A stretch of 64,000 bases of DNA from a virus (Duplodnaviria; Caudoviricetes): positions 50,741 to 114,740 of IMG/VR virus record IMGVR_UViG_2879998633_000003; one strand, given 5' to 3'. The translations under genes were made by a program, and so were the position numbers. The notes under the pieces are model-generated. The model had not been told where the DNA came from and searched no databases. It saw nothing but the letters and a program-made list of their open reading frames with translations. Below, one piece after another: positions 1 to 9,404 of this stretch. Each line of letters starts with the position of its first letter. Position 1 is the first letter of the stretch.

Positions 1-10
1 CCTTGCGACG

Positions 11-1294
11 ATGCCTATGGATTTTGATATCTATAATTTTCCGGCATCAGTCCACCGCCGCGCGAAGGAAATAGTACAGAAGAAAGAAAGTCCATTTAAA
101 GAATGGTCTGCAGCATTACGGAGCACACCAGGCATCCTTGATTATTCCCGTGCAGCGATTTTTGCACTGATCAGGGAAGCATCCAGTGGAATAACTCCTT
201 TTCCAGATCGGTTGCGTGGCTACATCAACGCGAATCTGACTGAACATAAGCATGATACCCCAAGCGCTGAAACGCTTGCCAAGGCGGGGCATATTCCATC
301 TGCTGCAGTCACTCTGGATGCAATAAACCAAGCAATCGCCGGAGAGGATAGCAGCGCAAAGCTGGAAACACTCTCCTCCGACTTTAAAGCAGTTGGTACC
401 GAACTGGTAAAAGAGGCTCAAAAGCAACGTCCAGACGCTAATCAGGTTCTGGCCTCCGAGCGCGGCGAATATGTTGAAGGGATTAGCGACCCTACGGATC
501 CGAAGTGGGTAACCGAAGACCTTACCAAGACCAGGCAGCCTGAAGTTTCAAAAATTGGGGACGGAGTATTTTCCATTGACGGTCTTGTTGACGTTACGGG
601 CAAGGTTAACCAAAAAGAAAAAACAGATGAAGTTGTTCATCAAACAGATGCTGTAGATATTGAATCCGGTCCTCATAATAAGGAGGAAGATCAGCCAATT
701 GATTATGTTCACGTTATGGTTGATCTGGAAACCATGGGTAAAAAACATAACGCCCCTATCGTCGCTATTGGTGCGGTTGTTTTTGACCCGGCAACCGGCT
801 CTATTGGAGAAAGTTTCTATAAAGTCGTATGCCTTGAATCCTCTGTGAACTGGGGCGCCGTAATCGATCCATCTACTGTTATCTGGTGGCTTAAGCAGTC
901 CTCCGAAGCACGCTCTGCAATCGTAAATGATGATGCTATCCCGTTGCTGGATGCATTACTCCAGTTCAGAGAATTTGTTTCTGATAATGTCGCTGGTGGG
1001 AGCAAAAAGGCGCAGGTATGGGGTAACGGTGCGTCATTCGACAACTCTATTCTGCGTTCTTCTTACGATTGCATTGCTGAAGATTATCCGTGGGAATACT
1101 GGAACGATCGGGACGTACGAACAATGGTAGAGATCGGCCAGGCCATTAGCTTCGACCCCAAAACAACGATCCCGTTTGAAGGGTCTCGTCACAATGCCCT
1201 CGCTGATGCTATTCATCAGGCCCGCTATATATCAGCGATCTGGCAGCGAATAATTGCCGGCAATCAGGTGCTGCAAAAATTGATGCAAAACTGA
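11..1294 (+). CDS. Phage exonuclease VIII/RecE-like protein with C-terminal DEDDh 3'-5' exonuclease domain (5' end probably outside the window)
   Basis: HVMVDLETMG, WGNGASFD and HNALADA motifs. Confidence 0.8.
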   Translation: MPMDFDIYNFPASVHRRAKEIVQKKESPFKEWSAALRSTPGILDYSRAAIFALIREASSGITPFPDRLRGYINANLTEHKHDTPSAETLAKAGHIPSAAVTLDAINQAIAGEDSSAKLETLSSDFKAVGTELVKEAQKQRPDANQVLASERGEYVEGISDPTDPKWVTEDLTKTRQPEVSKIGDGVFSIDGLVDVTGKVNQKEKTDEVVHQTDAVDIESGPHNKEEDQPIDYVHVMVDLETMGKKHNAPIVAIGAVVFDPATGSIGESFYKVVCLESSVNWGAVIDPSTVIWWLKQSSEARSAIVNDDAIPLLDALLQFREFVSDNVAGGSKKAQVWGNGASFDNSILRSSYDCIAEDYPWEYWNDRDVRTMVEIGQAISFDPKTTIPFEGSRHNALADAIHQARYISAIWQRIIAGNQVLQKLMQN

Positions 1295-1346
1295 TTTTTT
1301 ATTTTCAGATACTGGCCCAGCAATGGGCCATAATGAGGTAAAACAT

Positions 1347-1592
1347 ATGCTCCAGATGTTAACCCTTGAAGAGTGGGCAAACGAGAAATACAGAAGCAAT
1401 CCTCCAAGTGTTTCCACTCTCAGGAATTATGCAAAACAGAATATGTTTTCTCCCCCAGCCAAAAAAGAAGGTCGATTCTGGCGCGTCAGGGAGGATGCTG
1501 AGTTGGTCGGTACATTGACCACTCCTGTAGTAAAGAAAAGCGACCCTGTTCTTTTGCAGAGGATTTTGAACGATGGCTGCCAGACCACGTAA
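1347..1592 (+). CDS. xis: Excisionase (prophage 1)
   Basis: TLEEWA...PPAKKEGRFWRV winged helix; overlaps int start; GAGG RBS before ATG 1347. Confidence 0.85.
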   Translation: MLQMLTLEEWANEKYRSNPPSVSTLRNYAKQNMFSPPAKKEGRFWRVREDAELVGTLTTPVVKKSDPVLLQRILNDGCQTT

Positions 1593-2700
1593 AAATAATA
1601 TATCTATTCCAAATTTATACCCGCTCTTCAGTAGAAAGGTTAATAAAGTATACTGGCGTTATAAGCACCCGATAACTGGTAAGTTTCATAGTCTAGGAAC
1701 AGACGAAGCAGAGGCCACGGCAATAGCTATTGAAGCAAATAAAAGACTGGCGGAACAACAAACCCGCCAGATAATGGCAATCACTGACAGAATTTCCACC
1801 AGCTCAGGAAAATCAATATCAACTAACACTTGGCTTGAACGTTACTGGAAGATTCAGCAGGAAAGATTAAAGTCCGGAGATATTAAAGAAAATACTGTCA
1901 AACAAAAAGCAAAACCAGTATCTCTGCTTAAGGAACGGGTAGGAATGAAATTAATATCCGCTGTCAATGTTCGAGATGTTGCGCAAATTCTTGATGAATA
2001 TTTAGCGGAGGGACAACCCAGAATGGCTCAAGTCATTCGCTCTGTCCTAATAGATGTTTTTAAAGAAGCTCAGCATGCGGGAGAAGTACCTCCTGGTTAT
2101 AACCCTGCACTAGCAACTAAACAACCTCGTAGAAAGATCACTCGCCAGCGCCTCACTCTTGAGGAATGGCAAAAGATTTTTGATATAGCCGATGAAAATC
2201 ACAAATACATGGGGAACGCCATGCTTTTAGCCATAGTAACAGGGCAGCGACTAGGTGATATATCCCGTATGAAATTCTCGGACATCTGGGACGATCATCT
2301 ACACGTTGAGCAAGAGAAAACCGGAAGCAAAATCGCTATACCATTAGCTCTGCGTTGCAACGCAATCAACTGGAGCCTCCGAGATGTAATCAGTCGTTGC
2401 CGGGATTATGCAGTAAGCCCTTATTTGGTTCATTTCTTTAGAACCACCTCACAGGCTGAGCGAGGAGCACAGGTGAAACCCAGAACACTGACCATGAATT
2501 TCAGCAAGGCAAGAGACAGTGCAGATATTGACTGGGGACAAGGTACACCGGCAACTTTCCATGAACAAAGATCGCTTTCCGAGCGGTTATATAAAGCCCA
2601 AGGTATAAACACGAAAGATTTACTTGGACATAAAACTCAACAACAAACGGATAGGTACCATGATGATCGTGGGAAGGGGTGGACAACGGTGGCCTTATGA
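1573..2700 (+). CDS. int: Tyrosine integrase, phage 21/lambda type (prophage 1)
   Basis: MAARPR arm-binding N-terminus; TGQR, HEQR, LLGH, catalytic Y (TDRY). Confidence 0.95.
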   Translation: MAARPRKNNISIPNLYPLFSRKVNKVYWRYKHPITGKFHSLGTDEAEATAIAIEANKRLAEQQTRQIMAITDRISTSSGKSISTNTWLERYWKIQQERLKSGDIKENTVKQKAKPVSLLKERVGMKLISAVNVRDVAQILDEYLAEGQPRMAQVIRSVLIDVFKEAQHAGEVPPGYNPALATKQPRRKITRQRLTLEEWQKIFDIADENHKYMGNAMLLAIVTGQRLGDISRMKFSDIWDDHLHVEQEKTGSKIAIPLALRCNAINWSLRDVISRCRDYAVSPYLVHFFRTTSQAERGAQVKPRTLTMNFSKARDSADIDWGQGTPATFHEQRSLSERLYKAQGINTKDLLGHKTQQQTDRYHDDRGKGWTTVAL

Positions 2701-2716
2701 GGTTTTTCGGGAGGGG

Positions 2717-2750
2717 TTTTGATAACTTATTTTGATAAAATTTTGATAAC
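2717..2750 (+). repeat. Three tandem TTTTGATAA repeats, probable Int arm-type sites
   Basis: Copies at 2717, 2730 and 2741 between int and att. Confidence 0.6.
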
Positions 2751-2769
2751 CGTTCGAAAACTAATAATA

Positions 2770-2796
2770 AAAACGGGAACCACCAGGTTCCCGTTC
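2770..2796 (-). terminator. Intrinsic terminator after the icd 3' end
   Basis: AACGGGAAC-caccag-GTTCCCGTT with a T-run on the minus strand. Confidence 0.7.
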
Positions 2797-2817
2797 TGAC
2801 ATAATCTGGGGGCCAGA

Positions 2818-2981
2818 TTACATGTTCGCGATAATCGCGTCGCCAAACTCTGAACATTTCAGCAGTTTAGCGCCTTCCATCAGACGTTCAAAGTCATAGG
2901 TCACGGTCTTGGCGGCGATAGCGCCTTCCATGCCTTTGACGATCAGGTCTGCGGCTTCGAACCACTGCATGTGGCGCAGCA
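2818..2981 (-). pseudogene. icd: Displaced 3' end of isocitrate dehydrogenase, with att core TGCTGCGCCA (2972-2981)
   Basis: Translates to [53 protein letters not shown]; similarity stops at 2981. Confidence 0.93.
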
Positions 2982-3161
2982 ATACATATTTGAAAATTGG
3001 CTAACATGCTGAATTTAAATGCAAATAGAAGCATCAAAGAATAAGTTGCATACAAAAAATGCCATGTGGTAACTTATTGAAACTACTATAGTTGCTTTTC
3101 GTTTTGGGGAAGGAATATCCTGTTCTATCCCTCAATGAAAATACTTATTTAAGAGTTTTCT

Positions 3162-3746
3162 ATGGATTGGTTAACGTTTTTCAGTAAATTGATTGAACAC
3201 TGCACGTGGCCGGGTATTCTCCTTTTCATTGCGATCAGATATCGAAAAACTATCGTTGCACTAGCTAGCTCTTTGAGTTCTATTAAAGTTGGAGATTTTG
3301 TTGACGCCAACTTTAGTCGCGAGGCAGCAAAGATAGCTACCGTCAGTGAAGTTGAACTACCTCCGTCGGGAGTTGATTTTGAACAGCAGGAGGTTGAAAA
3401 TAAGTTGCTAGAACTCCCCCCAAGGTTAGCGATTTTAGACGCTTGGAAAATTGTTGAAAATTCAATTGATGAGTTCATAGTTAACAAAAATGTTGGCAGT
3501 ACCGCTATGTCAAGTGGATACCCCTCCAAGTTACCACCGATCAGAAAAATTTCAGAGCTACGCCGAGCTGAATACATAACCGCTCATCAAGCTGAGATGT
3601 TAGATAGTTTAAGAAAGTTAAGGAATGAAGTTGTACATGGCCCATATGGTTTAGAACCATCGCAAGTTGATGCAATTAACTATGTAAAATCCGCGCTTGC
3701 ATTCTCTAACTTATTTAAAATGAACATTAATCTCGACAATAAGTAG
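3162..3746 (+). CDS. N-terminal TM + HEPN-like protein, candidate defence effector
   Basis: Hydrophobic WPGILLFIAI; C-terminal LRKLRNEVVHG (Rx4H); AT-rich. Confidence 0.6.
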   Translation: MDWLTFFSKLIEHCTWPGILLFIAIRYRKTIVALASSLSSIKVGDFVDANFSREAAKIATVSEVELPPSGVDFEQQEVENKLLELPPRLAILDAWKIVENSIDEFIVNKNVGSTAMSSGYPSKLPPIRKISELRRAEYITAHQAEMLDSLRKLRNEVVHGPYGLEPSQVDAINYVKSALAFSNLFKMNINLDNK

Positions 3747-3956
3747 AAACGCTGCCATGCGGGGCAAATCCTCTCGTGCCGTCCAAAAATCCCTGAGAAA
3801 CCAGCCCTTTAAGACTGGTTTTTATTCTTTTTTTTTGTACGGGGAGAAATGGGGGAGAATCCCCCATCAATCGCAACCTTTCCGAGCTCTTTTCCGCTCA
3901 AAGAAATGTTCACTTCTCTGTCTTCTATACTTCCCGTATGACTACTGGAGGTAACC

Positions 3957-4271
3957 ATGTGCGGACGCTTTGCTGAATCACAGTCACGCGAAGAATACCT
4001 GGCTTATCTTGCCGAAAAAACTGAGCGGGATATCGCCTATGATCCAGAACTAATCGGCCGGTACAACGTGGCGCCAGGGACTAAAGTTTTGCTCCTGAGC
4101 GAACGCGATGAACAGATGCACCTCGATCCGGTCCACTGGGGTTACGCGCCAGGGTGGTGGGATAAACCACCGCTGATTAATGCACGAGTTGAGGCCGCTG
4201 CGGCCGATCAGGGGGTTGTCGATATTCATGACCGCCGGCCGCTTGTCCTGGCGCCGCCCGGGAATAGATGA
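3957..4271 (+). pseudogene. SRAP/YedK family peptidase, internally deleted copy
   Basis: MCGRF start; INARVE joined directly to AAAADQG...IHDRRP. Confidence 0.85.
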
Positions 4272-4498
4272 TGCAGGATGTCACGGGGGCTGGCAGTTGA
4301 TAATGAGCACCTGTAAATCCATAACGTCCGCAATGTGGCCGGAGCATACATCATATACATCTTTCTGGTTTTACCGAGTTGCAGTGTAGTATCAATCTGC
4401 GTGAATAAGTTACCGTCAAAACTACAAAGTTCTGTTAATATACGAAAGAAGTAATAATAAATGGTGAAGCCCCAACTTACAGAGAGGATCCTCGCACC

Positions 4499-5476
4499 AT
4501 GAAACTTTACATAACTGGAAACGGATTTGATTTACACCATGGCCTTGATACCAGCTATTGTTCTTTTGCCTATTTTTTGCGATCTCACCAGAGGGATTCG
4601 TACAACAACTTAATTGAGTTTGTCGGTTTCACAGAACTCCCTGAAAATATTGACGAACTGAATGAGGATGAACATCGTCTGTGGTGTGAATTTGAAAGTA
4701 ATCTGGCAGGGTTAGATTCTCAGGCTGTACTGGATGCATTTACCGATTATCTCCCAAATCTGGGTGACCCAGATTTTCGTGATAGAGACTGGCATGCATT
4801 TGAAATTGAAATGCAGCGAATTCTTGAAAATTTAACTGATGGTATTTTCACCCAGTTTATGTCGTTTATTTCTCAAGTTAAATATCCAGAGTTTACCGCC
4901 GATAAAATACTGCAACTATGCAACAATGCCCTATTTATAAACTTTAATTACACCAGAACTATTGAATACTATTACGGAATAAAAAGAAACCAGATTCTTT
5001 ACATCCACGGCAATGCATCCTTACCTGGGGATAGGCTTATACTGGGGCATGGGATTGATCCTGAAAATTTCAAAGAGCCTCCTCAAGAGCCGCCCACGGA
5101 CGCAACGGATGAGGAGCTAGAACAGTGGTATCAACACATGTCTGATAATTACGATTTTGCATATGAAATAGGAAAACAGACTCTGAATCGGTACTTTACC
5201 CACTCATTCAAAAATACAGAGGAAGTGATAGATGCAAACCAATCATTTTTCTCTCAACTCAACGCGGTAAACGAGGTGATCATAATTGGACACTCTTTAT
5301 CAGCGGTCGACATGCCTTACTTCGCTGCCATTAAGCAACACGTCCAGCCTAATTCGACCTGGACAGCGACATGGTATCTTGAAAAAGAACGTGATCAACA
5401 CCTACATGCATTGCAGAGCATAGGCATTGAATATCCCCTAATTGTGCCAGTATGTAGCCTGCTGGTAAGGTCGTGA
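4499..5476 (+). CDS. AbiH-family abortive infection protein
   Basis: ITGNGFDLHHGLDTSY, FINFNYT, YIHG, ILGHG and IIGHSLSAVDMPYF motifs. Confidence 0.88.
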   Translation: MKLYITGNGFDLHHGLDTSYCSFAYFLRSHQRDSYNNLIEFVGFTELPENIDELNEDEHRLWCEFESNLAGLDSQAVLDAFTDYLPNLGDPDFRDRDWHAFEIEMQRILENLTDGIFTQFMSFISQVKYPEFTADKILQLCNNALFINFNYTRTIEYYYGIKRNQILYIHGNASLPGDRLILGHGIDPENFKEPPQEPPTDATDEELEQWYQHMSDNYDFAYEIGKQTLNRYFTHSFKNTEEVIDANQSFFSQLNAVNEVIIIGHSLSAVDMPYFAAIKQHVQPNSTWTATWYLEKERDQHLHALQSIGIEYPLIVPVCSLLVRS

Positions 5477-5665
5477 CTACAACGAAAGTAGTGCTCGGCT
5501 AAATAGGCATGTTAGTAAAAGGGGTAATGTTCGCTATTTTATCATATCGGACATTCGCCATCAGTAGGCCAAGCGCGATTGATGACGAATGTCGCTATTC
5601 CTAATACAACCCCATCGTCCAGTGTCTCTCCTTCTATACTTTCATTCTGAAGACTGGAGGTAACC

Positions 5666-6342
5666 ATGTGTGGACGCTTTGCTCAATCACAAACCCGTGA
5701 AGAGTACCTGGCTTATTTGGCTGAAGAGGCCGAGCGGGATATCGCTTATGACCCCGAACCAATCGGCCGGTACAACGTGGCTCCGGGGACTAAAGTTTTG
5801 CTCCTGAGCGAACGCGACGAACAGTTGCACCTCGATCCGGTCCACTGGGGTTATGCGCCTGGGTGGTGGGATAAACCCCCATTGATTAATGCCCGGGTTG
5901 AGACTGCTGCCAGTAGCAGGATGTTTAAACCTCTGTGGCAACACGGTCGGGCGATCTGCTTTGCGGATGGCTGGTTTGAATGGAAAAAAGAAGGCGACAA
6001 GAAGCAGCCATACTTTATCCATCGTGCCGATGGCCAGCCGATATTCATGGCGGCAATCGGGAGTACACCATTTGAACGTGGAGACGAAGCCGAATGCTTT
6101 CTGATTGCCACCGCTGCGGCCGATCAGGGGTTGGTCGATATTCATGACCGCCGGCCGCTGGTTCTTCTGACGCCGGAAGCAGCTCGCGAATAGATGAGCC
6201 AGGCTCCAGGATGTCGCAGGCAGTTGAGATTGCCGGAGATGGTGCAGTGTCCACCGACCATTTCACATGGCACCCCGTTTCCCGCGCGGTGGGTAATGTG
6301 AAAAATCAGGGGCCGAAATTGATTGAGGCTATCAAAGCATAG
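5666..6342 (+). pseudogene. SRAP/YedK family peptidase, second copy; stop at 6191-6193, C-terminal remnant continues (WHPVSRAVGNVKNQG)
   Basis: MCGRF...ADGWFEW...IHDRRP; TAG where W is expected. Confidence 0.85.
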
Positions 6343-6553
6343 CTTATAAAACGTCCGAAATATGCTGTGAGTTCAACATCTCTTGCACTACTCCATGGAA
6401 AACAGATCAAACTAAATAGCCATGCAGATATGCTGGAGTCATGAGGGACGTTTCTCAGGATTTGGTCCGAAGCAGTTGCCAGGAACGCCCCACGCTGCAA
6501 AAGCGCGCTAAGGTCCTTTCAAGGGAGGCAGGAAAAAGATGTTATGGTAAATA

Positions 6554-6742
6554 TCAAACTTCAACAGCAATATTTAGGTCACTATCTGTAGTCACTCGAT
6601 CAATGATCCTGTGAACAATTCTATAGTGTTTGCCATTGTAGCTTTTCATATCACCTGCGGCGTAATTACGCTGTTCGGTTGTTACTACCGAGGGAAGCTT
6701 ATCGCCGTTCTTATCAAAGAATGCCCATTCATAAATATACAT
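6554..6742 (-). CDS. Small hypothetical protein (62 aa)
   Basis: ORF with AGGTGGGG RBS and AT-rich upstream region. Confidence 0.5.
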   Translation of the reverse strand: MYIYEWAFFDKNGDKLPSVVTTEQRNYAAGDMKSYNGKHYRIVHRIIDRVTTDSDLNIAVEV

Positions 6743-7261
6743 AAAACCCCACCTAAGTCATTGTTATTTATATACATCACACCATATTTTTGTTACATCT
6801 ATTTTGATGCAAATTTATGAACGGTTCGCTGCTGGGTTGTTAAGTTTAATTTGGCAGAGTGTGCCTGCAGCTACTATTTTGACATCCGCTCTACGCTCAT
6901 AGCGGACTTCGACCATTTACTATGGAGAACGTGGTCTTTAGTGAATGCTAACCTGTTGCAGTTAGGTTCATTGCGTCTGCCTTACGCCTTCACCTTTAAC
7001 AACGGAGCCTGTTTTCAAGACATCATAACATGATGTGCACCAATTTCCGCATCTTTCGTGTGGTTTGTTGTATCTGTATAACCTGCGAAAACATAGATTC
7101 GAACAAGTTAAAGCCCCATCAGCCCTTCGCAGGGTTGCTTGTTTCAAGCATCCGAGGAACTAATACGCTTTACCCTTCCACGCCCCCTCCCGCAAGGTGG
7201 ATGTTTTCCGTTTCCTGATACAAACTCGTTATGCTTGAACTGCCAAACACTTTAAGCACTG

Positions 7262-7289
7262 TTGACATGTCAATACTAACGCGTATACT
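7262..7289 (+). promoter_or_regulatory. Sigma70 promoter TTGACA-N16-TATACT; the -35 lies in the perfect palindrome TTGACATGTCAA
   Basis: Direct reading. Confidence 0.7.
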
Positions 7290-7526
7290 TTAGGCACGCT
7301 CTTAATTTCAGAGCCATTCTGAGAAAAGCGTTGGGACTATTTACATCCAATCTTCTCAGGAGCTTAAGCAGCGCCAATGTGTCGTGGGGTGCCGGGTTCT
7401 GCCCATTGACCGACGTGGCTTATAGTTAGGAACTCGATGCTAATATTTTGTCGTATCTGGGGATATTTGTCACACTCCGTGACAGTATGTCCAGATTCAT
7501 CGCATCGTTTATATTAGAGGAAACCC

Positions 7527-8432
7527 ATGTCGGATCAATCGATTGTTGTATCAGAAATCCTACCTTCGCTTCTTACTGAACACTCTCCCGAGCTTGGTGC
7601 ACGTCTAAAACAGCGTATTCAGTCTGAATTTGCTGCTCGCAGATTACCTGAGTTTGATCCTCAGAAGGAAGGTTGTCGGAAGTTTGCCGTCTATCTCGAA
7701 AGATTTCATGGCGATATAGCCCGGGTTGTTCGCGTACCTGACGAAAGCGATGTTCGTATCTACAAACAGATGCATTCACATTCTCTTAATACCCAACATA
7801 CTCCACATCCAGTAAATCAGAATGTCATTGTCCGCAATAATGTATGGCAGGCATTCCTTAATCCGGATTCTTCAAGAAAACGTTTTTTTAACAAAAAGAC
7901 AAAAGAGATTATCCATTTTATTCCTTCTCTGGATACTGCCGAGGAAGCTGAGGTTTCTGGCAACCCGCAAGGATTCATTGAAATCATCCCTATTTCAGGA
8001 ACAGAGCAGCTTAGCTGGATGCGAGCATTTTTAGCTGGTGCTCCTCTCGGTGATACTGAGAAAGAAGTTATTTCGTCACAAATTCAGGATAAGTATTCAA
8101 GTGCACTGAATGCTACTTTCACAAAATCACTTGGTATTCATGGTTCGCTGTGGCGCAATCACCGCCTTCCCCGTGTTATGCAATACATGCGCTCATGGGC
8201 CCAAAGAAATGAGGTACCATTCAATGAGTTATGCATTTCTGGTGTAAGTCATTCACTACAGGAGAAAGACGTAGTGTCTTCCCTGCCTGTTAGTGAGCAA
8301 TTTACGCCAACCGAAGCTCTACCGCCAAGACAACTAGCTCATAAGCTACTTGACCTCATGGCTGAAAATGATATTGCACAAATGGTTCTCCCTACAATGA
8401 TGAATACTCTTCTATTTAAATCTCGTCAGTGA
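7527..8432 (+). CDS. Hypothetical protein: OST-HTH/LOTUS-like N-terminus + UPF0158-like domain
   Basis: LGARLKQ...FDPQKEGCRKFAVYL resembles LOTUS; RFFNKKTKEI...IEIIPIS...WMRAF...W...R...W resembles UPF0158; GAGGA RBS. Confidence 0.55.
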   Translation: MSDQSIVVSEILPSLLTEHSPELGARLKQRIQSEFAARRLPEFDPQKEGCRKFAVYLERFHGDIARVVRVPDESDVRIYKQMHSHSLNTQHTPHPVNQNVIVRNNVWQAFLNPDSSRKRFFNKKTKEIIHFIPSLDTAEEAEVSGNPQGFIEIIPISGTEQLSWMRAFLAGAPLGDTEKEVISSQIQDKYSSALNATFTKSLGIHGSLWRNHRLPRVMQYMRSWAQRNEVPFNELCISGVSHSLQEKDVVSSLPVSEQFTPTEALPPRQLAHKLLDLMAENDIAQMVLPTMMNTLLFKSRQ

Positions 8433-8449
8433 CTAGATGAGATTTAAAT

Positions 8450-9328
8450 ATGAATACGATATTTGTTATCGGAATGTTTAAATCTCAGGCAAAACGTTTT
8501 TCTGCTGAATGTAGCCGGAGGGGGACTCGCTGTCGTCAGGTTTTAGCTGACGTTGGAAAACAAGGGGATTTTGTGCTGGTTCCTACCCCCCATGATGCTG
8601 TGCGTTCTTTCCAGGACTGGCTGGATAGTGAAGATGATGAAGAGTACGACAATCTCCACATTATCTTATTACCTTATTGTAAAATTACTCCCGAGATGGA
8701 GATTGAGCTTGAGATAGCAGTTGAGTTGGGTGCAAAACTCATCAAGCCAGAGGCCGGGGTTGACGGATGGCCTGCATCGCTATCTCGTAAGAACAAAGCA
8801 GACACAACCTTTTTAAACACGTTTTTCGGTAAAGTAACCGGCTTGCTGCCTTTAGTATCAGAGCCAGAAGTAAGTATTTCTGCCTATTACAAACAGCTAT
8901 CTTTTGAAAATCCACGTTTAGTTTTCTCTCCCCACGTTTATGCCAATTGTGATGGAATAGCATCACACCGGAAAAGTTTTATGAAGTTTGCTGCTGACTG
9001 CTTAGTAGAGCTGTTGTCGCAGCCCCCAGGATGTAGAGTCGACGCCTACTTCCGCGGAAAGGGGATTGATCATGCGCAAACTGGTGGAATATCAACTCAT
9101 CTAGAAGTTGTCAGCGAAGACTCAAATGTTACACGTGTAAAATATAGCGCTGAAACACACCTTAAAAAAGGTGATAACACAACCAGCACTGCAGCTGTTC
9201 GTATCTATTATCATTTTATCCATCATGATGATGTTAGCTATGTAATTGTTATGTATGCTGGCCCTCATCCTGAGGATGAGGTTCATTGGCAACTACAACT
9301 TCCATCCAGATCAACAGAAATGGCGTAG
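8450..9328 (+). CDS. Hypothetical protein with C-terminal RelE-like nuclease motif
   Basis: HLKKG...VRIYYHF...VIVMYAGPHP; 17 bp after the previous gene. Confidence 0.5.
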   Translation: MNTIFVIGMFKSQAKRFSAECSRRGTRCRQVLADVGKQGDFVLVPTPHDAVRSFQDWLDSEDDEEYDNLHIILLPYCKITPEMEIELEIAVELGAKLIKPEAGVDGWPASLSRKNKADTTFLNTFFGKVTGLLPLVSEPEVSISAYYKQLSFENPRLVFSPHVYANCDGIASHRKSFMKFAADCLVELLSQPPGCRVDAYFRGKGIDHAQTGGISTHLEVVSEDSNVTRVKYSAETHLKKGDNTTSTAAVRIYYHFIHHDDVSYVIVMYAGPHPEDEVHWQLQLPSRSTEMA

Positions 9329-9404
9329 GTTCCCAATTAGTGATCAGTCGGCTCTTCACTCTAATCGGAATATAGAAGCATCGCCACTACTGTTAATGGG
9401 CGAA

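Larger units (their letters stand above)
1..2981. mobile_element. Int-proximal end of prophage 1 (phage 21-like, icd-integrating)
   Basis: Exonuclease-xis-int followed by a convergent icd 3' copy ending at the att core; continues left of the window. Confidence 0.85.

Noticed and set aside
6851-7218. 60-62 aa ORFs upstream of the two-gene operon
   Set aside because: No RBS or recognisable motifs; all frames on both strands are interrupted
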